Source: Acinetobacter phage BS46
Strand: one strand, 5' to 3'
Length of the DNA: 64,000 nucleotides
Sequence record: MN276049.1
How positions within the stretch are numbered: position 1 is the first letter of the stretch; each line of letters starts with the position of its first letter. This document shows, in pieces, positions 49,380 through 59,291 of the stretch. A model generated the notes under the pieces. That model did no database searches. It saw nothing but the letters and a program-made list of their open reading frames with translations, and was not told where the DNA came from. A program made the position numbers and the translations under genes.

Positions 49380-49446
49380 TAACACTTTATATTTTAATTT
49401 TATTTTTATGGTTGTGTTATATTGATTTATTCACATAGGAGGGATA

Positions 49447-50388
49447 GTGTCAAAAAGAGATTACTCTTGTTATGATTTTGACAAGTTTGATTATAATAAG
49501 AAATATAATTTATATGTTGATATGGATACTTGTATATTCTCTGCTGCTGCTTCATGTGCAAAACAACCATGTCAAGTTACACATAAGAAAACAGGAAGAA
49601 CAAAAACATTCGAAAACTTTGATGCTTTCCAGAACTTCTTAGATCATGATGATAAAGGTAAGAACTTTACAATAAATGACTTTGAAGTTCCAATTCTATA
49701 TTTCGCATACGGAAACATAAACGCAAAAGTTGATGCTATCTTAGATAGAGAGTGGATTGATAAAGTTTCTTATTATGTTGGTGGGGTTGATAATTTCCGA
49801 AAAGGGGTGGATGAGAATTACAAAGGTAATCGAGCTGCAAAACCTTTATTACATAAGTATTGTTACTCATACGCTGTTAAGAAATACAAACCAATTGTCT
49901 GTCACGGATATGAAGCGGAAGATCATTGTCTAGCAGACGCTTTAGCTGATGAGAATGGTGTTATATCTTGTGTTGATAAAGACCTGTTTAATCAATCAGC
50001 CTTCTTTTTAAACTACGGTTATCTTGATATGGGGGTATTCTGGATTTCACCAGAACAAGCTTTTTACAATCTCTGTATTCAGTTGATGATTGGAGATAGA
50101 GGGACAGATAATATTAAAGGTATCGACTTTGTTTCACCAGAACTAAAAGAGAAGTATAAAGTATCAACTAAGTCTATTGGTGAAGGAACAGCTAAGAAGT
50201 TATTAGAAGATGTAAAAGAATCTATTCCTGCAATGAAGAATCGTTTAGTAGATGTTTATAAGTTATCTTATGGTGATGGTTGGAAGGAAGCTTTAGATTT
50301 TACAGGTAAGTTAATTTACATAACACCAAAAAGAAATAAGATTTTCGATGTTAATGATTTCTTAGGGGATGATGATAATGACACCTGA
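49447..50388 (+). CDS. 5'-3' exonuclease / flap endonuclease (RNase H-like)
   Basis: KGNRAAKP and CHGYEAEDHCLADALA resemble the PolI 5'-exo/FEN motifs YKAxR and GYEADD. Confidence 0.7.
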   Translation: MSKRDYSCYDFDKFDYNKKYNLYVDMDTCIFSAAASCAKQPCQVTHKKTGRTKTFENFDAFQNFLDHDDKGKNFTINDFEVPILYFAYGNINAKVDAILDREWIDKVSYYVGGVDNFRKGVDENYKGNRAAKPLLHKYCYSYAVKKYKPIVCHGYEAEDHCLADALADENGVISCVDKDLFNQSAFFLNYGYLDMGVFWISPEQAFYNLCIQLMIGDRGTDNIKGIDFVSPELKEKYKVSTKSIGEGTAKKLLEDVKESIPAMKNRLVDVYKLSYGDGWKEALDFTGKLIYITPKRNKIFDVNDFLGDDDNDT

Positions 50389-50947
50389 AGAAAAACTAGA
50401 AGAGATTCTTGAGAAGCACTCTGATATTTGGAATACAAAATCTAAATATTTAAGCTTTATACGTGGCGGTATTCGTAGAGGATGTTGGGAAAAACATCCT
50501 GTTAAGCTCCAGATCATTCTGGAGCGAAGAGTTCAAATTCCAAATCCAAACCCACGAGGTAATAAACCTACAGTATGGGGTTGTAAATGTGAACTTTGTG
50601 AAGGTTTGTTTAAACAATCTGATATTCAGGTAGATCATATTCGGTCACACTTTAGTAAATTCACAGAAATTAACGATATCCAACAATTCGTTATTGATAT
50701 GGTTATGGTTACAAAAGATGATTTACGTCTTGTTTGTAAAGAATGTCATGAAGTAGTGAGTCTTTCTCAGAAAGACGGTATTACATTCGAACAAGCTAAA
50801 ATTAAAAAAGAGTTTATTAATATTTGTAAAGATAGTAATAAAGTTGTTGACCAACTTAAATCACTTGGAGTAGAATTAATACCTAAAACAAAGAAGGCTC
50901 AAAAGCAGCTTTTAGAGGAAATTATGTTGGGAGGAAGTAATGCCTAG
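50369..50947 (+). CDS. HNH endonuclease
   Basis: CKCELC...DIQVDHIRSH...CKECH form an HNH/zinc-finger core. Confidence 0.6.
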   Translation: MMIMTPEEKLEEILEKHSDIWNTKSKYLSFIRGGIRRGCWEKHPVKLQIILERRVQIPNPNPRGNKPTVWGCKCELCEGLFKQSDIQVDHIRSHFSKFTEINDIQQFVIDMVMVTKDDLRLVCKECHEVVSLSQKDGITFEQAKIKKEFINICKDSNKVVDQLKSLGVELIPKTKKAQKQLLEEIMLGGSNA

Positions 50948-51245
50948 TTTATTTGTTAAATTAGAAGATTTTGAAGATGTTGAATATGCTCGTATCGACC
51001 CGATTGAGGGTGATAAGTGGCAGATGATTGAAGAAGGTGATTGGATTTCTGATGGTAAGTATGACACACAAACAAGTGTTGTTAAATGCACTTTCACTGG
51101 AAAGTATTACGAGTATACTTTGAGTCGATCAGGAAGTTATTCCTCAGAATACTATTACCCACACCGAGATGCTGGTGGTGTTAATTTACATGAAGTAATT
51201 CCAGTTGAAAAGACTGTCGTTATTACTGAATGGAAACTTGTATAA
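50940..51245 (+). CDS. hypothetical protein
   Basis: ORF. Confidence 0.4.
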   Translation: MPSLFVKLEDFEDVEYARIDPIEGDKWQMIEEGDWISDGKYDTQTSVVKCTFTGKYYEYTLSRSGSYSSEYYYPHRDAGGVNLHEVIPVEKTVVITEWKLV

Positions 51246-51269
51246 TTTATTTATTATTGGAGATTTAAA

Positions 51270-51572
51270 ATGACTGATTTAAAAACTATTGAACAAAACG
51301 AAAACAAAACATTTGATGAGATTATTGCTAAACCAGAAGGTCGAAAGCAGTTTGTCGAAGCTATCCATAATTTAGCTCGTCAGAAAGTCTCTGTACAGCG
51401 ATCACAGGAGATTTTGAAGGATGATGTATCAGTAGTAGCGGATGCATTTAAACTTAGTAAGACGGAAGTTAACAAGCTTGTGGAAGCTCAATTGAAGGAC
51501 GATATTGAAGGTAGTGTTGAGAAACTAGAATCACTGATTGATAAATATCAAATTCTATTAGATGAGCAGTAA
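51270..51572 (+). CDS. hypothetical protein
   Basis: ORF. Confidence 0.4.
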   Translation: MTDLKTIEQNENKTFDEIIAKPEGRKQFVEAIHNLARQKVSVQRSQEILKDDVSVVADAFKLSKTEVNKLVEAQLKDDIEGSVEKLESLIDKYQILLDEQ

Positions 51573-52330
51573 TGAGAATTTGCAAGGATAATTTTATAGG
51601 TAAAGAGTTCTTAACTAATAACAACGGTAGTTGTTTCATAATCGATTATGATAATGAATTAAACGTTACAGTGATTTTTCATAAAACATTGTTTATTAAG
51701 AACTCAACAATGAAGCAACTAAAAAGAGGTGCGGTGAGAGATCCGTTTCACCCCAATAGTAGAAAGTTAGGGGTTGGTGTTGTTGATGTTCGAGCGGTTA
51801 AAGATGGTGTTCGTGATCTTGAGTTTAAATATTGGTCATCTATGATTGAAAGATGTTATAGTCCAAGCTATCATAACGCACAACCTACTTATGCGGATTG
51901 TTGTGTTGAAGGTGAGTGGTTAATTTATTCTATCTTTAAAAAAGATGTTCAAGATATGATTGGATTTGGACAGGAGGGTTGGCACTTGGATAAAGATATT
52001 CTTCTTAAAGGCAACAAGAAATATTCAAAAGACACTTGTTGTTTTGTACCAAGAGAAATAAACTCTTTCTTTAATGTAAAAAGAATATCTAGAGGTGATT
52101 TTCCTGTCGGTGTAAGTTTAAAAAAAGAAACAGGAAAATTTGTTTCCCATATATCTATAGATTCAAATCGAATTTCGTTAGGTACTTACATGACACCTGA
52201 AGAAGCCTTCTATGCTTACAAGAAAGCTAAAGAAGGTTATGCTAAAGAATTAGCTTACAAATGGAAAGATCAAATTGACCCTAGAGCTTTTGAAGCTTTA
52301 ATAAATTATGAGGTAGATATTAATGAATAA
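51572..52330 (+). CDS. AP2-domain homing-endonuclease-like protein
   Basis: C-terminal PVGVSLKKETGKFVSHISIDSNRISLGTYMTPEEAFYAYKKA fits the AP2 DNA-binding pattern. Confidence 0.5.
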   Translation: MRICKDNFIGKEFLTNNNGSCFIIDYDNELNVTVIFHKTLFIKNSTMKQLKRGAVRDPFHPNSRKLGVGVVDVRAVKDGVRDLEFKYWSSMIERCYSPSYHNAQPTYADCCVEGEWLIYSIFKKDVQDMIGFGQEGWHLDKDILLKGNKKYSKDTCCFVPREINSFFNVKRISRGDFPVGVSLKKETGKFVSHISIDSNRISLGTYMTPEEAFYAYKKAKEGYAKELAYKWKDQIDPRAFEALINYEVDINE

Positions 52331-52574
52331 ACCACTAGAAGTAACATTGTCTGATTTCTTACCAACAACAGAAGAGCTTGAAAAGTTCTATTTGGTGTAT
52401 AAGAATCACGAGAATCTTCTAAGTATTGACATCAAGGAGGAAGACGAAAGTCTTCTCTCTGCTTATGATGAATTCTTTGAAGGTAAAGATATGGATGCTG
52501 AGTTATTGTTTAATGCTTTATTTATTTCAAAATTATTCTATGAATCAATTAACCATGTGGAGATTGTTGAATGA
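52323..52574 (+). CDS. hypothetical protein
   Basis: ORF. Confidence 0.4.
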   Translation: MNKPLEVTLSDFLPTTEELEKFYLVYKNHENLLSIDIKEEDESLLSAYDEFFEGKDMDAELLFNALFISKLFYESINHVEIVE

Positions 52575-52741
52575 GTAAGTTTAAGGAGAATGTTGGTAGT
52601 ATTGTAATGCCGTCAGAATGGTCGAGTGAAATGCAAGGTACTATTCTTACTTATATTGAGTTATTTTATAATCGAGGTTACAATGCTGGTTATGAAGATG
52701 GTGTAAAAGATATTACGGGTCATAATGAGGATGAAGAATGA
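52571..52741 (+). CDS. small hypothetical protein (56 aa), not in ORF track
   Basis: ATGA couplings at both ends. Confidence 0.35.
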   Translation: MSKFKENVGSIVMPSEWSSEMQGTILTYIELFYNRGYNAGYEDGVKDITGHNEDEE

Positions 52742-52944
52742 GTGTATATTGGTTTACTGTTCCTATTAAGGGTGAGGAAACCTTCGCTGTGGAAGCTAAT
52801 TCATTAGAAGAAGCTTTAGAGAGAGTGACTAAAGGAGAATACGTATCAGAACCTGAGATTCGAGATGTTGATTGGGATTTTGATTGGAGACCGGCAAAAG
52901 AGTGTTTATCAAATTGTGTATGTTCAATTGAGGAAAATGAATGA
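52738..52944 (+). CDS. hypothetical protein
   Basis: ORF. Confidence 0.4.
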   Translation: MSVYWFTVPIKGEETFAVEANSLEEALERVTKGEYVSEPEIRDVDWDFDWRPAKECLSNCVCSIEENE

Positions 52945-53912
52945 AAGATTGGCAAATTAAAGCTCTTGAGTATCGAGAACAAGGGTTATCATCAAGAAAG
53001 ATTTGTGAGAAGTTAGGTTGGAGAAAAACACAGAAGAGTTCTGTCAACGATTTTTTCGCACGACACGATGCAGAACAACAAGCTGTTGACGTTCTATTGA
53101 ATAAAAATCAGAAAATCTTATATATTGATATTGAAAAGACTTTTGCTTTTTCTGGGCATTTTTCACAATGGGGTGTCAATTTAGCTCAAGAGGCGAAGTT
53201 AAAAGAGAGTTACATTCTTTCTTTTTCTTATGCGTGGGGTGATGGAGATATTCACAGTGAGGTTTTAAAAGCAGAAGCAATTCGAGGTGATTTACTTCGA
53301 TCTATTGTGCAGAATGATGTAACAACAGATATTGATTTTGATTTGGTTCTAAAAATTTGGCATTTATTAGATCAGGCAAATGTAGTTGTAGCTCACAATG
53401 GTCGTGGTTATGATATTAAGGAAATTAATGCAGCATTCCTTCGTTATAACTTACCTTTACCATCCCCTTATAAAGTTATTGATACATTGAGTATTGCTAA
53501 GAAGATGTTTAGAACACCTTTTAAGAGTCTAAAATATTTAGCACAATATTTAAATGTAACTCAGAAAATTAGTAATGATGGTAATAAATTCTGGAAGCTT
53601 GCCTCTATTGGTTATTCGGATGAAATTTTAGAAGAGATGGCTGCCTATAACCGAGGTGATATACAAACCCTTCGGGAAGTGTATTTAAAATTAAGAGGGT
53701 ATTCAAATGATGGGGTCAATCTTGCTACATTTAATGATAGTTCTGAATTGGCATGTCCTAATTGCGGGCATCATAACGTATCTAAGTTGAATAAGTTAGC
53801 AACTACTACTAGATACCAATACGAAGCATATCGTTGTGGTAATTGTGGTGCTGTTAGTAGAGCAACAAACTTACGTGGTGAAACTAAAGCTTTGACAACG
53901 GTGTCTAAATGA
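52941..53912 (+). CDS. DnaQ-like (DEDD) 3'-5' exonuclease with N-terminal HTH and C-terminal zinc ribbon
   Basis: Exo I YIDIEKT, Exo II VVAHNGRGYD, Exo III YNRGDIQTL. C-terminal CPNCG...CGNCG. Confidence 0.55.
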   Translation: MKDWQIKALEYREQGLSSRKICEKLGWRKTQKSSVNDFFARHDAEQQAVDVLLNKNQKILYIDIEKTFAFSGHFSQWGVNLAQEAKLKESYILSFSYAWGDGDIHSEVLKAEAIRGDLLRSIVQNDVTTDIDFDLVLKIWHLLDQANVVVAHNGRGYDIKEINAAFLRYNLPLPSPYKVIDTLSIAKKMFRTPFKSLKYLAQYLNVTQKISNDGNKFWKLASIGYSDEILEEMAAYNRGDIQTLREVYLKLRGYSNDGVNLATFNDSSELACPNCGHHNVSKLNKLATTTRYQYEAYRCGNCGAVSRATNLRGETKALTTVSK

Positions 53913-54136
53913 TAAAATTTCTAGAGAAAGAAAATATTTTTGATATTGTAGAGGATTTCAAAAACTATGTATGGGCTGAGTCAGAGACTTCTGGTCGGTG
54001 TGCAGTACACACGTATTGGAACGTTTCTTGTGATAAACTTGTAATTGAGAAAGTTGGTTGCGAGTATTCGGTTACTTTAAATGGTAAAGTGATATACACG
54101 TATGTTAATGTTCTAGAAGCTATAGAGGTTTTATAA
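53909..54136 (+). CDS. hypothetical protein
   Basis: ORF. Confidence 0.4.
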   Translation: MIKFLEKENIFDIVEDFKNYVWAESETSGRCAVHTYWNVSCDKLVIEKVGCEYSVTLNGKVIYTYVNVLEAIEVL

Positions 54137-54137
54137 G

Positions 54138-54407
54138 ATGGAAGTTAAAGTTAAGTCTAAAGTAACTGAGGTTGATATCAATTCTAAAATCCTTCAACTG
54201 AAAGGTTTGACACGGATGAATACTCATACAATAAGTATGGAGAGAACATTTGGTCGTTATGGGTTGTATTCACAAGTTGTTGAACTGTTAATCTTTGATG
54301 AAGATTTAGGTCAAGTCAAGATCGAGATTAAATCTGAAGGTGTTGTTCAAAATGAGAACTTGCAAAAACTTATTGAAGGTATATTCAGGCTTAAAAACTC
54401 TGACTAA
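54138..54407 (+). CDS. hypothetical protein
   Basis: ORF. Confidence 0.4.
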   Translation: MEVKVKSKVTEVDINSKILQLKGLTRMNTHTISMERTFGRYGLYSQVVELLIFDEDLGQVKIEIKSEGVVQNENLQKLIEGIFRLKNSD

Positions 54408-54484
54408 AATAACAACACTTAGACTTTAAATTGAAAATAAATCTTGACACATTCTAGTTGGTGTGTCATTATTCATCTCATAAA

Positions 54485-54561
54485 GCGCTGTTAGCTCAGT
54501 TGGATAGAGCATTCGCCTTCTAAGTGAATGGTCACAGGTTCAAGTCCTGTACAGCGCGCCA
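54485..54561 (+). tRNA. tRNA-Arg (anticodon TCT)
   Basis: Manual fold: acceptor GCGCTGT/ACAGCGC. D arm AGCTCAGTTGGATAGAGC. Anticodon stem TTCGC/GTGAA with loop CTTCTAA. T arm CAGGTTCAAGTCCTG. Discriminator G plus CCA. A TTGACA promoter lies about 35 nt upstream. Confidence 0.85.
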
Positions 54562-54585
54562 AATTAATTATTATAATTTAATACA

Positions 54586-54675
54586 GGTCGTGTAGCTTAA
54601 AGAAAGCAGGTGGATTTATAAACCATTTCCCTAGATAAGGGCTTGATTCGGGGGCAGTACCCGACACGACTACCA
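54586..54675 (+). ncRNA. tRNA-like element (class II-like, atypical anticodon and T loops)
   Basis: 7-bp acceptor GGTCGTG/CACGACT plus A-CCA. T stem TCGGG/CCCGA with loop GGCAGTA. Variable-arm hairpin CCCT-agata-AGGG. Anticodon arm GGTGG/CCATT encloses a 9-nt loop ATTTATAAA. Confidence 0.4.
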
Positions 54676-54696
54676 AATCAATGTAGGAGAGAAGAG

Positions 54697-55347
54697 TTGG
54701 TAAATAATGTTGAGCAATATAAAAGTATTTTGAATAAAGCGTTACAATCTGCAATATTATTAAATAAAATTATTCGTGGTAAAGCAGTAGAAGAATATAC
54801 AAAAGAAGAATTAGAAGAAGCAATTTTCACTCAGTCTAATGTCGTAACAAAAGAAGAAATTATTGAGTGGATTGATAACTATGGATTAGATTTAGTAGAA
54901 GAAATTGATGGTGCTGTTGATGTTATTTATACACTTTCTTATTTGCACTATTTAATTGAAGAAGCTAAGAAACGTGAAGGTATTATTGTTAATTATAAGC
55001 ACACAAACTTAATTTTAGCTGTTGGTAATTTTGTATTGTCTAATCTACCTACCGATGTGGATGGTAGTTATAACGTTCTTGAAAAAGCTGTTGATCGTAT
55101 TATTGAAAATAATATGTCAAAAGTAACAACAGATGTTGATTATTTCAGAACATGGGTGTCACCAAAAGGAGAAAATTTATTCCCTAAATCTACAGTGGTC
55201 GATGGTGTTCGTTATTATCTTCTTGTTAATGAAAATGGTAAGTGTCGTAAACCTGAACATTTTGTTGGTGTTGACTTGGAGGATTTAGCTGAAGAGCTAA
55301 CAGAGCAATATATGAATATGGAAATTAAAGATGAAAAAGAAGATTAA
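54697..55347 (+). CDS. MazG-like nucleotide pyrophosphohydrolase (start moved to TTG after RBS)
   Basis: EELEEAIF ... EEIDGAVD (ExxE...ExxD pattern). The frame has no internal ATG until the C-terminus. AGGAGAG lies 5 nt upstream of TTG at 54697. The ORF-track start at 54643 would overlap the tRNA-like element. Confidence 0.45.
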   Translation: MVNNVEQYKSILNKALQSAILLNKIIRGKAVEEYTKEELEEAIFTQSNVVTKEEIIEWIDNYGLDLVEEIDGAVDVIYTLSYLHYLIEEAKKREGIIVNYKHTNLILAVGNFVLSNLPTDVDGSYNVLEKAVDRIIENNMSKVTTDVDYFRTWVSPKGENLFPKSTVVDGVRYYLLVNENGKCRKPEHFVGVDLEDLAEELTEQYMNMEIKDEKED

Positions 55348-55759
55348 AGAAGATAAAATACAACATCGTGTTGGGGTGTTTGCTACAGAGAGTGATTTAA
55401 AAAATGCTGATGTTGCTTTTCTTGCTGTTCAATGTGGATTGATTAAACCAGAAAATTACATGATTGTAGAGAAAGAAGTTGGTGAGGGTGATGATAAAAA
55501 AGTTGTTAAAGAACTTATTGTCACCAATTACACAGAAGAATCAATTCAAGCTATTCTTAAAAACTTATTTGGTTTTAGGAATGGATGGTATGAAGTTGAA
55601 GTTGTTGAAAAACAAAAAACATTATTGACAGGTCAGATTGTTCTCAATGAGAAACGATATACTGGTTTGGAGAGAGAAGATAAAGCTTGGGTAAGCAGTA
55701 GAATGTGTTCAGATCAAATGAAGACTGCTGTACTGTTTGGTAGTCACGGAGAGATTTGA
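55331..55759 (+). CDS. hypothetical protein
   Basis: ORF. Confidence 0.4.
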   Translation: MKKKIKEDKIQHRVGVFATESDLKNADVAFLAVQCGLIKPENYMIVEKEVGEGDDKKVVKELIVTNYTEESIQAILKNLFGFRNGWYEVEVVEKQKTLLTGQIVLNEKRYTGLEREDKAWVSSRMCSDQMKTAVLFGSHGEI

Positions 55760-56013
55760 TGTTCTATGTATTTGTGTTATACTTACTTGTTGGTGTAGTG
55801 TTAACAACTTTATTAGTGAAGAATGTTGAAGATAATAAAGAAGAGTTTCGTGAGTTTGTTGGTAATGATGCAACAGTAGATCATTACTTTAAATTCAAAG
55901 GTGTTTACTTTTCTATCTTAATTTTCATTACACCAATTTGGACACTGTGGAAATTAACAGAGATGTTAGTAGTTTGGATTTATAGTTTAATTTTTAAACG
56001 AGGTAATAAGTGA
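55756..56013 (+). CDS. small membrane protein
   Basis: Two hydrophobic helices. Confidence 0.4.
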   Translation: MMFYVFVLYLLVGVVLTTLLVKNVEDNKEEFREFVGNDATVDHYFKFKGVYFSILIFITPIWTLWKLTEMLVVWIYSLIFKRGNK

Positions 56014-58187
56014 AAGTTGTAAAACGTAACGGAAAGCTTGAAGAGTATAATTGTAAGAAAATTAAGAAAGCGATTACGTTTGCTTGTGATGGTTTGGAAG
56101 TAAATCCTTTGGAGTTGGAAGCTAAGTTTGACGAATTCTTGTTCGATGGTGTTACGACTAAAGCCATTCAAGATAATCTTATCCATCATGCTAAAAACTT
56201 AGCGTCACCATTAAATGATGCATGGTTATTAGTAGCTGGTCGTCTTGCTACGATGAATCGTTGGAATGATACCCGTGCTTATGAGTTATCATTTCTTGAT
56301 TACTTTAAAAAGCAGCAAGCAACAGGTGAGTGGTCTCATGAGAAGTTTGATGTTTACAGTGAAGAAGATATTGTTAAGATTGGAACTTTCTTGAAGAAAG
56401 AGAATGATCTACAACACACTATTGCTTCTGTTGAAACAGCAGAGAGTAAGTATCTTGGTAAGAATGAGTGTATTCAGCATGTCTTACTTGGTAATGCAAT
56501 GCTTTATGCTAGTGTTGAGGAAGAGAGTATTCGTTTATATTGGGTAGAACATTTTTATAATTACCTAAGTAGTTTAGAGTGGTCATTAGCATCTCCTCAG
56601 TTAATGAATATGCGTAGAGGATTAAATAATGCCTCTTGCTTCATTATCGCACCTGATGATGATATTAATAGTATCTACGATGCGTTTAAAGATGTTGCTA
56701 AGATTTCAAAGAGTGGGGGAGGTTTAGGCTTCTTTGCTGGATTGATTCGAGCTAAAGGAAGTAAACTGATGGGACAAGATGACGCTTCTGGTGGTGTTGT
56801 TCCTATGCTTAAAGTGTTTAATGATACTTTAGTGTATGTTAACCAAGCAGGTAAGAGAAAAGGCGCTGGAACAGCAGCGTTACCGATTTGGCATAATGAC
56901 ATTCTAGACTTCCTTGATATTCAGACAGAGGTCGGTGATCCACGTAGTAAATGTTTTGATATCCAACCTCAAGTAACAATCTTTGATTTGTTCATGAAGA
57001 AACTGGAAGAAGATAAAACACAAACTTGGTTGACTTTCTGTCCTCATGAAGTTAAAGAAGTTCTCGGTATTAACATTGGCTACTTGTTTAATGAAGAATT
57101 CGAAGAAGCATATTCAGAGATTGAAAAAGCGTATGCTGAAGGAAAGCTGAAAGTTGTAACAGAGCACGTTGTTAATGACTTATGGAAACACTTATTAATG
57201 GTGTTCTTTGAGCGTGGTAGACCTTATCCAATCTTTATAGATAAGATTAACCGTGATAACCCTAATAAACATGATGGTGTTATTTTTTGTGTGAATTTAT
57301 GTATTGAATCGTTTAGTAATACATTACCAGATTATTATGCTCATACTTGTTCTTTAGCTTCTTTAGTTGTTGGTCGAATCCCCGTAAACAAGTTATCAGA
57401 CAGTGCTTCTGATTTGACACGCTTATTAAGTAATGGTATGGAGATTACAACAGCACCTATTAAGCAGTCATTAAATCATATGAGAGATTACCGTACAATT
57501 GGTATTGGTATTCAAGGAATGGCAGACATTCTTGCTCGTGAGGGTAGAACATATGAAGATTTAGATTTCATTACTGAGGTAGCAGAACGTATTCAATTTG
57601 GTTTTGTTCGTGAGAGTATTAAGTTAGCTAAAGAACGTGGTGCTTATCCTAAGTTTAAAGGTTCTCGTTGGGATGTTGGGGATATCTTTGATGAATATCA
57701 TAAGAACAGTGTGTGTCCTGACTTGGATTGGTTAGAGTTGAAACGCCTGTGTAAGTTGTATGGTATTTACAGTAGTCAAGGTACAAGCCCTGCACCCAAC
57801 ACAAGTACCTCATTGTTTATGATGGCTGCTGCTGGATTTATGCCACATTATGCTGAATACTTCTACGAAGACAACAAGGATGGTAAGACTCCAGTTTCAT
57901 CTATGTATTTAAATGAAAACCCGATTTTCTACAGTTTCTCAATCGGTTATTTCAAGCAATACGAATTGACTAAAGCTGTAGGAGCTGCTCAGAAGTTCGT
58001 TGATACAGGTATCTCTGCTGAGTATGTGATGGATCGTAATATACATGAGATTACAGCATCGGATATTGATAAACTTGTTAAAGACGCTTGGCGTAACGGA
58101 AACAAAGGTGTATACTACCTACGTACTGTTAAGAAAGGTGAAAGTCTTGTTAAGACTGATGATGCTTGTTTAGCATGTGCTGGTTAA
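56010..58187 (+). CDS. nrdA: ribonucleotide reductase large subunit (class I) with N-terminal ATP-cone
   Basis: VVKRNGKLEEY...KIKKAI is ATP-cone-like. VNLCIESFSNT and SPAPNTSTS active-site blocks. C-terminal CLAC. Confidence 0.85.
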   Translation: MKVVKRNGKLEEYNCKKIKKAITFACDGLEVNPLELEAKFDEFLFDGVTTKAIQDNLIHHAKNLASPLNDAWLLVAGRLATMNRWNDTRAYELSFLDYFKKQQATGEWSHEKFDVYSEEDIVKIGTFLKKENDLQHTIASVETAESKYLGKNECIQHVLLGNAMLYASVEEESIRLYWVEHFYNYLSSLEWSLASPQLMNMRRGLNNASCFIIAPDDDINSIYDAFKDVAKISKSGGGLGFFAGLIRAKGSKLMGQDDASGGVVPMLKVFNDTLVYVNQAGKRKGAGTAALPIWHNDILDFLDIQTEVGDPRSKCFDIQPQVTIFDLFMKKLEEDKTQTWLTFCPHEVKEVLGINIGYLFNEEFEEAYSEIEKAYAEGKLKVVTEHVVNDLWKHLLMVFFERGRPYPIFIDKINRDNPNKHDGVIFCVNLCIESFSNTLPDYYAHTCSLASLVVGRIPVNKLSDSASDLTRLLSNGMEITTAPIKQSLNHMRDYRTIGIGIQGMADILAREGRTYEDLDFITEVAERIQFGFVRESIKLAKERGAYPKFKGSRWDVGDIFDEYHKNSVCPDLDWLELKRLCKLYGIYSSQGTSPAPNTSTSLFMMAAAGFMPHYAEYFYEDNKDGKTPVSSMYLNENPIFYSFSIGYFKQYELTKAVGAAQKFVDTGISAEYVMDRNIHEITASDIDKLVKDAWRNGNKGVYYLRTVKKGESLVKTDDACLACAG

Positions 58188-58193
58188 TATATG

Positions 58194-58220
58194 GCAGGGT
58201 TAATTCCCTGCTTTTATTTT
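58194..58220 (+). terminator. intrinsic terminator / attenuator between nrdA and nrdB
   Basis: GCAGGG-ttaatt-CCCTGC then TTTTATTTT. Confidence 0.5.
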
Positions 58221-58230
58221 CGGAGAAATA

Positions 58231-59280
58231 ATGAAATTAAATATTGAAAAACTCAACCCTATTTATCAAAATATACCCTTAGAGAAGGCATCTATATTTA
58301 ATGAAAACGGTAGTGACGCTTACGAAGATCAATTGTTGGTTGGTGGTAGTCCTACTGGTATTGTTAACTTAAACACTGTGCGCCATCAATGGGCTGTTTC
58401 GATCTATAATCAAATGTTAGCAAATTTTTGGATTCCTCAAGCTGTAGATATGACGGATGATAAGAGAACTAAAGAATTACTAACACCAGATGAAGAAGAA
58501 TCAACATATGACACAGTAAGTTTCTTAATATTCTTGGATAGTTTTCAAGTAACAAACTTGCCCAATATTGCTGAAGTAATTACTTCTAAAATTGTGAATA
58601 ACTGTTTAACAAGTCAGGCATTTGATGAAACAATTCATACGTTGGCATATCAGTATATTGCTGAAACACTTTTACCAACTATGACTCGTGATGACATTTA
58701 TAATCGCTGGAGAGATGTAGAGCCATTAAAAGAACGTATTCTAACAATGACAAAAATTGCTGAAGAATATGTTGCTAATCCGTGCTGGGATACTTTCTAT
58801 AAAGTATTGGTTATGAATTTAATTCTAGAGGGTTTATACTTCTATCAAGGATTTAATTACTTTGATCAGTTAGCCCATCGTAAAAAATTGGTTCAATGTG
58901 CTAAACAGATTGATTATATTCGTAGACAAGAGTTTGTACACAGAGGATTGTTTATTCAAATCATTAAAGAGCTTGGTGTTGATGATGAGCTAATTATCTC
59001 TATGATTAAAGAAGCTGTAAAGAATGAAATAAAATGGTGTCATTATGTTTATGGTGATAGAATCTTAGGTATTAGTAAGAAATCTAGTTCTGCTTATGTA
59101 ATGTACTTAGCAAACGGTTTGTTAAAGGCTCTAGGTATTAAAGAAATCTATGATGTTGAAAACCCGTATAAACACTTAGAGCAAGCTGCTAAACAAGGTG
59201 GGACTAGAGAAAATATGTTTGAGACTACAGTAACTTCTTACGATACAGCAGGAAGCTTATCAGGATGGGATACGATTTAG
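58231..59280 (+). CDS. nrdB: ribonucleotide reductase small subunit
   Basis: Di-iron ligand blocks (FDETIHTLAYQYI, LILEGLYFY) and C-terminal tail typical of R2. Confidence 0.85.
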   Translation: MKLNIEKLNPIYQNIPLEKASIFNENGSDAYEDQLLVGGSPTGIVNLNTVRHQWAVSIYNQMLANFWIPQAVDMTDDKRTKELLTPDEEESTYDTVSFLIFLDSFQVTNLPNIAEVITSKIVNNCLTSQAFDETIHTLAYQYIAETLLPTMTRDDIYNRWRDVEPLKERILTMTKIAEEYVANPCWDTFYKVLVMNLILEGLYFYQGFNYFDQLAHRKKLVQCAKQIDYIRRQEFVHRGLFIQIIKELGVDDELIISMIKEAVKNEIKWCHYVYGDRILGISKKSSSAYVMYLANGLLKALGIKEIYDVENPYKHLEQAAKQGGTRENMFETTVTSYDTAGSLSGWDTI

Positions 59281-59291
59281 GAGATATGTAT

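Noticed and set aside
54643-54696. Upstream TTG start for the MazG-like gene given in the ORF track
   Set aside because: Would begin inside the tRNA-like element and lacks an RBS; TTG at 54697 is preceded by AGGAGAG.
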